Shown: in pieces, positions 61,485-64,000 of the stretch
Layout of the letters: every line of letters begins with the position of its first letter
How positions within the stretch are numbered: position 1 is the stretch's first letter
NCBI GenBank assembly: GCA_964434345.1
Contig: CAYSUY010000002.1
Location: forward strand, 4,708-68,707
Reading direction: 5' to 3'
From: an uncultured Acetobacteraceae bacterium
GTDB taxonomy: Bacteria > Pseudomonadota > Alphaproteobacteria > CACIAM-22H2
DNA length: 64,000 bases
Program-made: the position numbers and the translations under genes
Notes under the pieces: model-generated
Told to the model about the DNA's origin: nothing
What the model saw: only the letters and a program-made list of their open reading frames with translations
Databases searched by the model: none

Positions 61485-62291
61485 ATGACGTCGATCGCCA
61501 CGAATGTCGGCGCGCTGCTCGCGCAACGCTACCTGCGCGCCATCACCTCGGAACTCACGATCACCCAGAACCGGATTTCGAGCGGCCTGCGCGTGGCAAC
61601 GGTCACCGACGACGCGTCGACCTACGCAGTCGCGGCGGGTCTGCGAGGGGACATCAAGGCCTACACGGCCGTAAGCGGTGCGCTTCAGGGCTCGGTCGCC
61701 GCAGCGAACGTCGCCGTGACCGCCGGCGAGTCGGTCAGTGAGCGCATCGGTGACATCAAGGCGAAGTTGCTCGAACTGTCCAACGATTCCCTGCCCCCCT
61801 CCGCGCGCAGTGCCTACAACGCCGATCTCGCGGTCATGGTGGCAGAGGTCAACACGTACCTCCTGCAGGCGAGTTACAACGGCAACAACCTCCTCGGGAC
61901 CGGCGGTTCGGATATCAAGATCGTCGCGAACATCGACGGTTCGACCATCAACATCCGGAACCAGGATGTCTCGAACCTCGTCGTCGGAACCATCAACAAC
62001 AACGGACAGGCGAAGGCGGCGATCGACGACCTTGCGGTGTTCGAGGGGCTTCTCAACACGGCATTGTCCAACATCGGTTCCGATCTGAATCGCGTGGCGC
62101 GGCAGCGGGAATTCATCGCGCGCACCGAGGAGACGGTCCGCATCGGCCTTGGCGCCCTCGTGGATGCCGACATCGAGCGCGAGACGTCCTATTTCAACGC
62201 CCTCCAGGCGCAGCAGCAACTGGCCGTCCAGACCCTCGGCATCATCAACCAGAACCCGAGCGTTCTGCTCGGCCTGTTCCGCACCGATTGA
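61485..62291 (+). CDS. flagellin (short alphaproteobacterial type)
   Basis: 268 aa from MTSIATNVGALLAQRYLRAITSELTITQNRISSGLRV.... The C-terminus ...ADIERETSYFNALQAQQQLAVQTLGIINQNPSVLLGLFR closely parallels Caulobacter-type flagellin termini. Confidence 0.9.
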   Translation: MTSIATNVGALLAQRYLRAITSELTITQNRISSGLRVATVTDDASTYAVAAGLRGDIKAYTAVSGALQGSVAAANVAVTAGESVSERIGDIKAKLLELSNDSLPPSARSAYNADLAVMVAEVNTYLLQASYNGNNLLGTGGSDIKIVANIDGSTINIRNQDVSNLVVGTINNNGQAKAAIDDLAVFEGLLNTALSNIGSDLNRVARQREFIARTEETVRIGLGALVDADIERETSYFNALQAQQQLAVQTLGIINQNPSVLLGLFRTD

Positions 62292-62317
62292 CGCCTCGCG
62301 GCGGCGCACAGGTCGAC

Positions 62318-62890
62318 TCAGACCTCCATCCGCACGACAACGGACAGTCCACGCGCCGACATGTCCGCGACGACGATCTCGCCCGATCGCGGCACGACGC
62401 CGGTCAGCGCCGTCACGTTGACCTGATGCGTCACGACGACCAGCGCGCCAGGGCCACGCCAGTCCTCGAGCACGTGCCGTGCTTCCGCCGTGCGCGCGTC
62501 ACCCCGAGCGGGGGTCGAAAAAAAGGAGTCGAACGCGGCGTGGGCGTGCACGCGGCCGGGAAAGGCGAGTTCCGCGGTCTCCAGCGTGCGGCACCAGCGT
62601 GAGGACAGAACCGAACCGACGGTCACGCCTGCGGCGCGGAAGGCAGCACCGATGCGTCGCGCATGGACGCGCCCAGTCTCGTCCAGATTGCGCTGCGTCG
62701 CGCAGTCTCCCAGGCGCATCGTGGAGGGATCGCCCACGCCTGGCGCATTCGCATGACGGATGAGCGCGATGGCGCCGGCGCGCAGAGCCTCCCAGCCTGC
62801 CGGCTCTCCCGCGGCCGGCTTGACGCGCGACATGGCGATGGGGAGGGCGAGCAAGCCCGCAACGACCCGACGGCGCGACGGATGGACCAT
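62318..62890 (-). CDS. histidine phosphatase family protein (phosphoglycerate-mutase-like) with N-terminal signal peptide
   Basis: ...IALIRHANAP... is the RHG catalytic motif. The N-terminus MVHPSRRRVVAGLLALPIAMS is signal-like. Confidence 0.75.
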   Translation of the reverse strand: MVHPSRRRVVAGLLALPIAMSRVKPAAGEPAGWEALRAGAIALIRHANAPGVGDPSTMRLGDCATQRNLDETGRVHARRIGAAFRAAGVTVGSVLSSRWCRTLETAELAFPGRVHAHAAFDSFFSTPARGDARTAEARHVLEDWRGPGALVVVTHQVNVTALTGVVPRSGEIVVADMSARGLSVVVRMEV

Positions 62891-62935
62891 GGTCGAGGAC
62901 GTAGCGTGGCGTGCCCGGAGCGCCAGTCCCGGGGT

Positions 62936-64000
62936 TCAGCCGCGCGAGGCGGGACGTTCGGCGACCACGAATGCGACCGCGACCAGCCCTGCGGCGAGCA
63001 GCACCGTCGTCACGACGAACACCCAGGGTAGTCCCGCATAGGCCGCCACCACGCCACCAGTCGCCGGGCCAAGGGAATTGCCCAGGAAATAGGCCGATGA
63101 CGAGATGCCGAACACCATGCCGCGCTCGGCGACCGGCGTCGTCTTCGCGATCAGCGCGTTGGTGATCGGCACGATGCTGCCGACGAAGAGGCCCAGGCAG
63201 AACCGCTCGGCCACGAACCCCTGATAGGATCCGACCAGCGCCTGCGGCGCGGTCGCGAGGGCGGCGCCGGCGAGCGCGAGCATCAGAACGCGCTTTTCCC
63301 CGAACCGGTCGCAGGCGCGACCGAGCAACGGCACCGCCGCGATACCCGCCAGCCCCGTCGCCGACAGCGCCACGCCGCACAGCGTCGCGAGCCTCGGCTG
63401 ATCGCCGGCGATGTCCTGGACGTAAAGCGCGATCACCGGCTGCACCGCCAGCGTCGCGAACTGCGTCAGCATCAGCACCGACACCAGCGCGACGAGTTCC
63501 GGCCGCTGCAAGATCCTGAGCGCGGACTCGCCGAAGCCGGGGCGCGCCGCGCCCGGCTCCGGCGCCGTGAAGACCTCCCGCACGGTCACGAAACACACGA
63601 GCGTCGCCCCCAGTGCGAGCATGCCCGCGGCGAAGAACGGCAGGCGATAGCTGCCGCTGAGATCGGCGAGGCCACCGCCAAGCACGGGACCGATCAAAGA
63701 CCCTGCCAGCTGGGCGCTGCTCATCAGGCCAAGCGCGAGGTTCAGCTTCGATACCGGCATCTGCGTCGAGATGAGAATCACCGACCCGGAAGAGAACCCC
63801 GCGAAGATCCCCATCAGCGTGCGCGCGCCGAGCATCTGCCAGATGTCCTGCGTGAAGCCCATGAGCAACGTGCAGATCCCGATCGCGAGCGTGGAGCGGA
63901 TCACCATCTGCTTGCGCCCGCGGCGATCCGCGATCCGGCCCCAGAGCGGCGAGAAGATCGCCGCCATGAACGACGTGATCGCCGCCAGCGCGCCTGACCA
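62936..64000 (-). CDS. MFS transporter (drug/metabolite efflux type), 3' portion; gene start lies beyond the window end
   Basis: Hydrophobic 12-TM-type sequence (…GRACDRFGEKRVLMLALAG…). The ORF continues in-frame to the window edge. Confidence 0.8.
   Translation of the reverse strand, partial: WSGALAAITSFMAAIFSPLWGRIADRRGRKQMVIRSTLAIGICTLLMGFTQDIWQMLGARTLMGIFAGFSSGSVILISTQMPVSKLNLALGLMSSAQLAGSLIGPVLGGGLADLSGSYRLPFFAAGMLALGATLVCFVTVREVFTAPEPGAARPGFGESALRILQRPELVALVSVLMLTQFATLAVQPVIALYVQDIAGDQPRLATLCGVALSATGLAGIAAVPLLGRACDRFGEKRVLMLALAGAALATAPQALVGSYQGFVAERFCLGLFVGSIVPITNALIAKTTPVAERGMVFGISSSAYFLGNSLGPATGGVVAAYAGLPWVFVVTTVLLAAGLVAVAFVVAERPASRG

Overview
This window is a gene-dense, high-GC (~68% by eye) chromosomal segment, most likely from an alphaproteobacterium: the flagellin is Caulobacter-like and rplM-rpsI-argC synteny is conserved. 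Coding density is very high on both strands, and many neighbouring genes share ATGA or GTGA stop/start overlaps. I found no tRNA or rRNA genes, CRISPR arrays, transposases or integrases.

Gene content in window order:
- Housekeeping genes at the left edge: argC (5' part only, gene runs off the window), rpsI and rplM.
- A small acyl-CoA module: a PaaI-type thioesterase, an enoyl-CoA hydratase and a CoA-binding protein, followed by a GDT1/UPF0016 membrane protein and metY.
- Two MFS transporters, one of them preceded by a translationally coupled small protein with an AT-hook-like motif and an internal repeat.
- Two tandem peptide/opine-type (family 5) ABC importers. The first has its two ATPase genes plus a PfkB sugar kinase transcribed divergently from its permease and binding-protein genes. 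A class-I glutamine-amidotransferase-like gene sits between the two systems, and RidA plus an enoyl-CoA hydratase follow the second.
- A ~22 kb catabolic supercluster (about 22.2 to 43.9 kb):
  - An iron-containing alcohol dehydrogenase, a thiolase, a FadB-like bifunctional enzyme, an acyl-CoA dehydrogenase, a lipoyl E2, an embedded enoyl-CoA hydratase, E1-beta, and a frameshifted E1-alpha.
  - A Cys/His-rich protein of unknown function, lying between the E1-alpha gene and the hydantoinase pair.
  - An ATP-dependent hydantoinase/oxoprolinase pair (hyuA/hyuB).
  - A TRAP transporter in DctQ-DctM-DctP order.
  - A TetR regulator, a heteromeric-type acyl-CoA dehydrogenase pair and a family-III CoA-transferase.
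- An ABC-F ATPase.
- A BigR/SqrR-like ArsR regulator transcribed divergently from a split YeeE/YedE membrane-protein pair, with palindromic candidate operators between them.
- An operon of a GlpA-like FAD oxidoreductase with a C-terminal BFD 2Fe-2S domain, a GlpB-like oxidoreductase, a glycerol kinase and an enolase-superfamily enzyme.
- A short-chain dehydrogenase, a PcaF-like thiolase, a SulP anion transporter, and a PrpF-AcnD pair with no prpB/prpC in the window.
- A Gfo/Idh/MocA oxidoreductase and an orphan flagellin gene with a ~320 nt leader carrying repeated motifs.
- A histidine phosphatase and a partial MFS transporter at the right edge.

The many long ORFs antisense to these genes are GC-driven artefacts.
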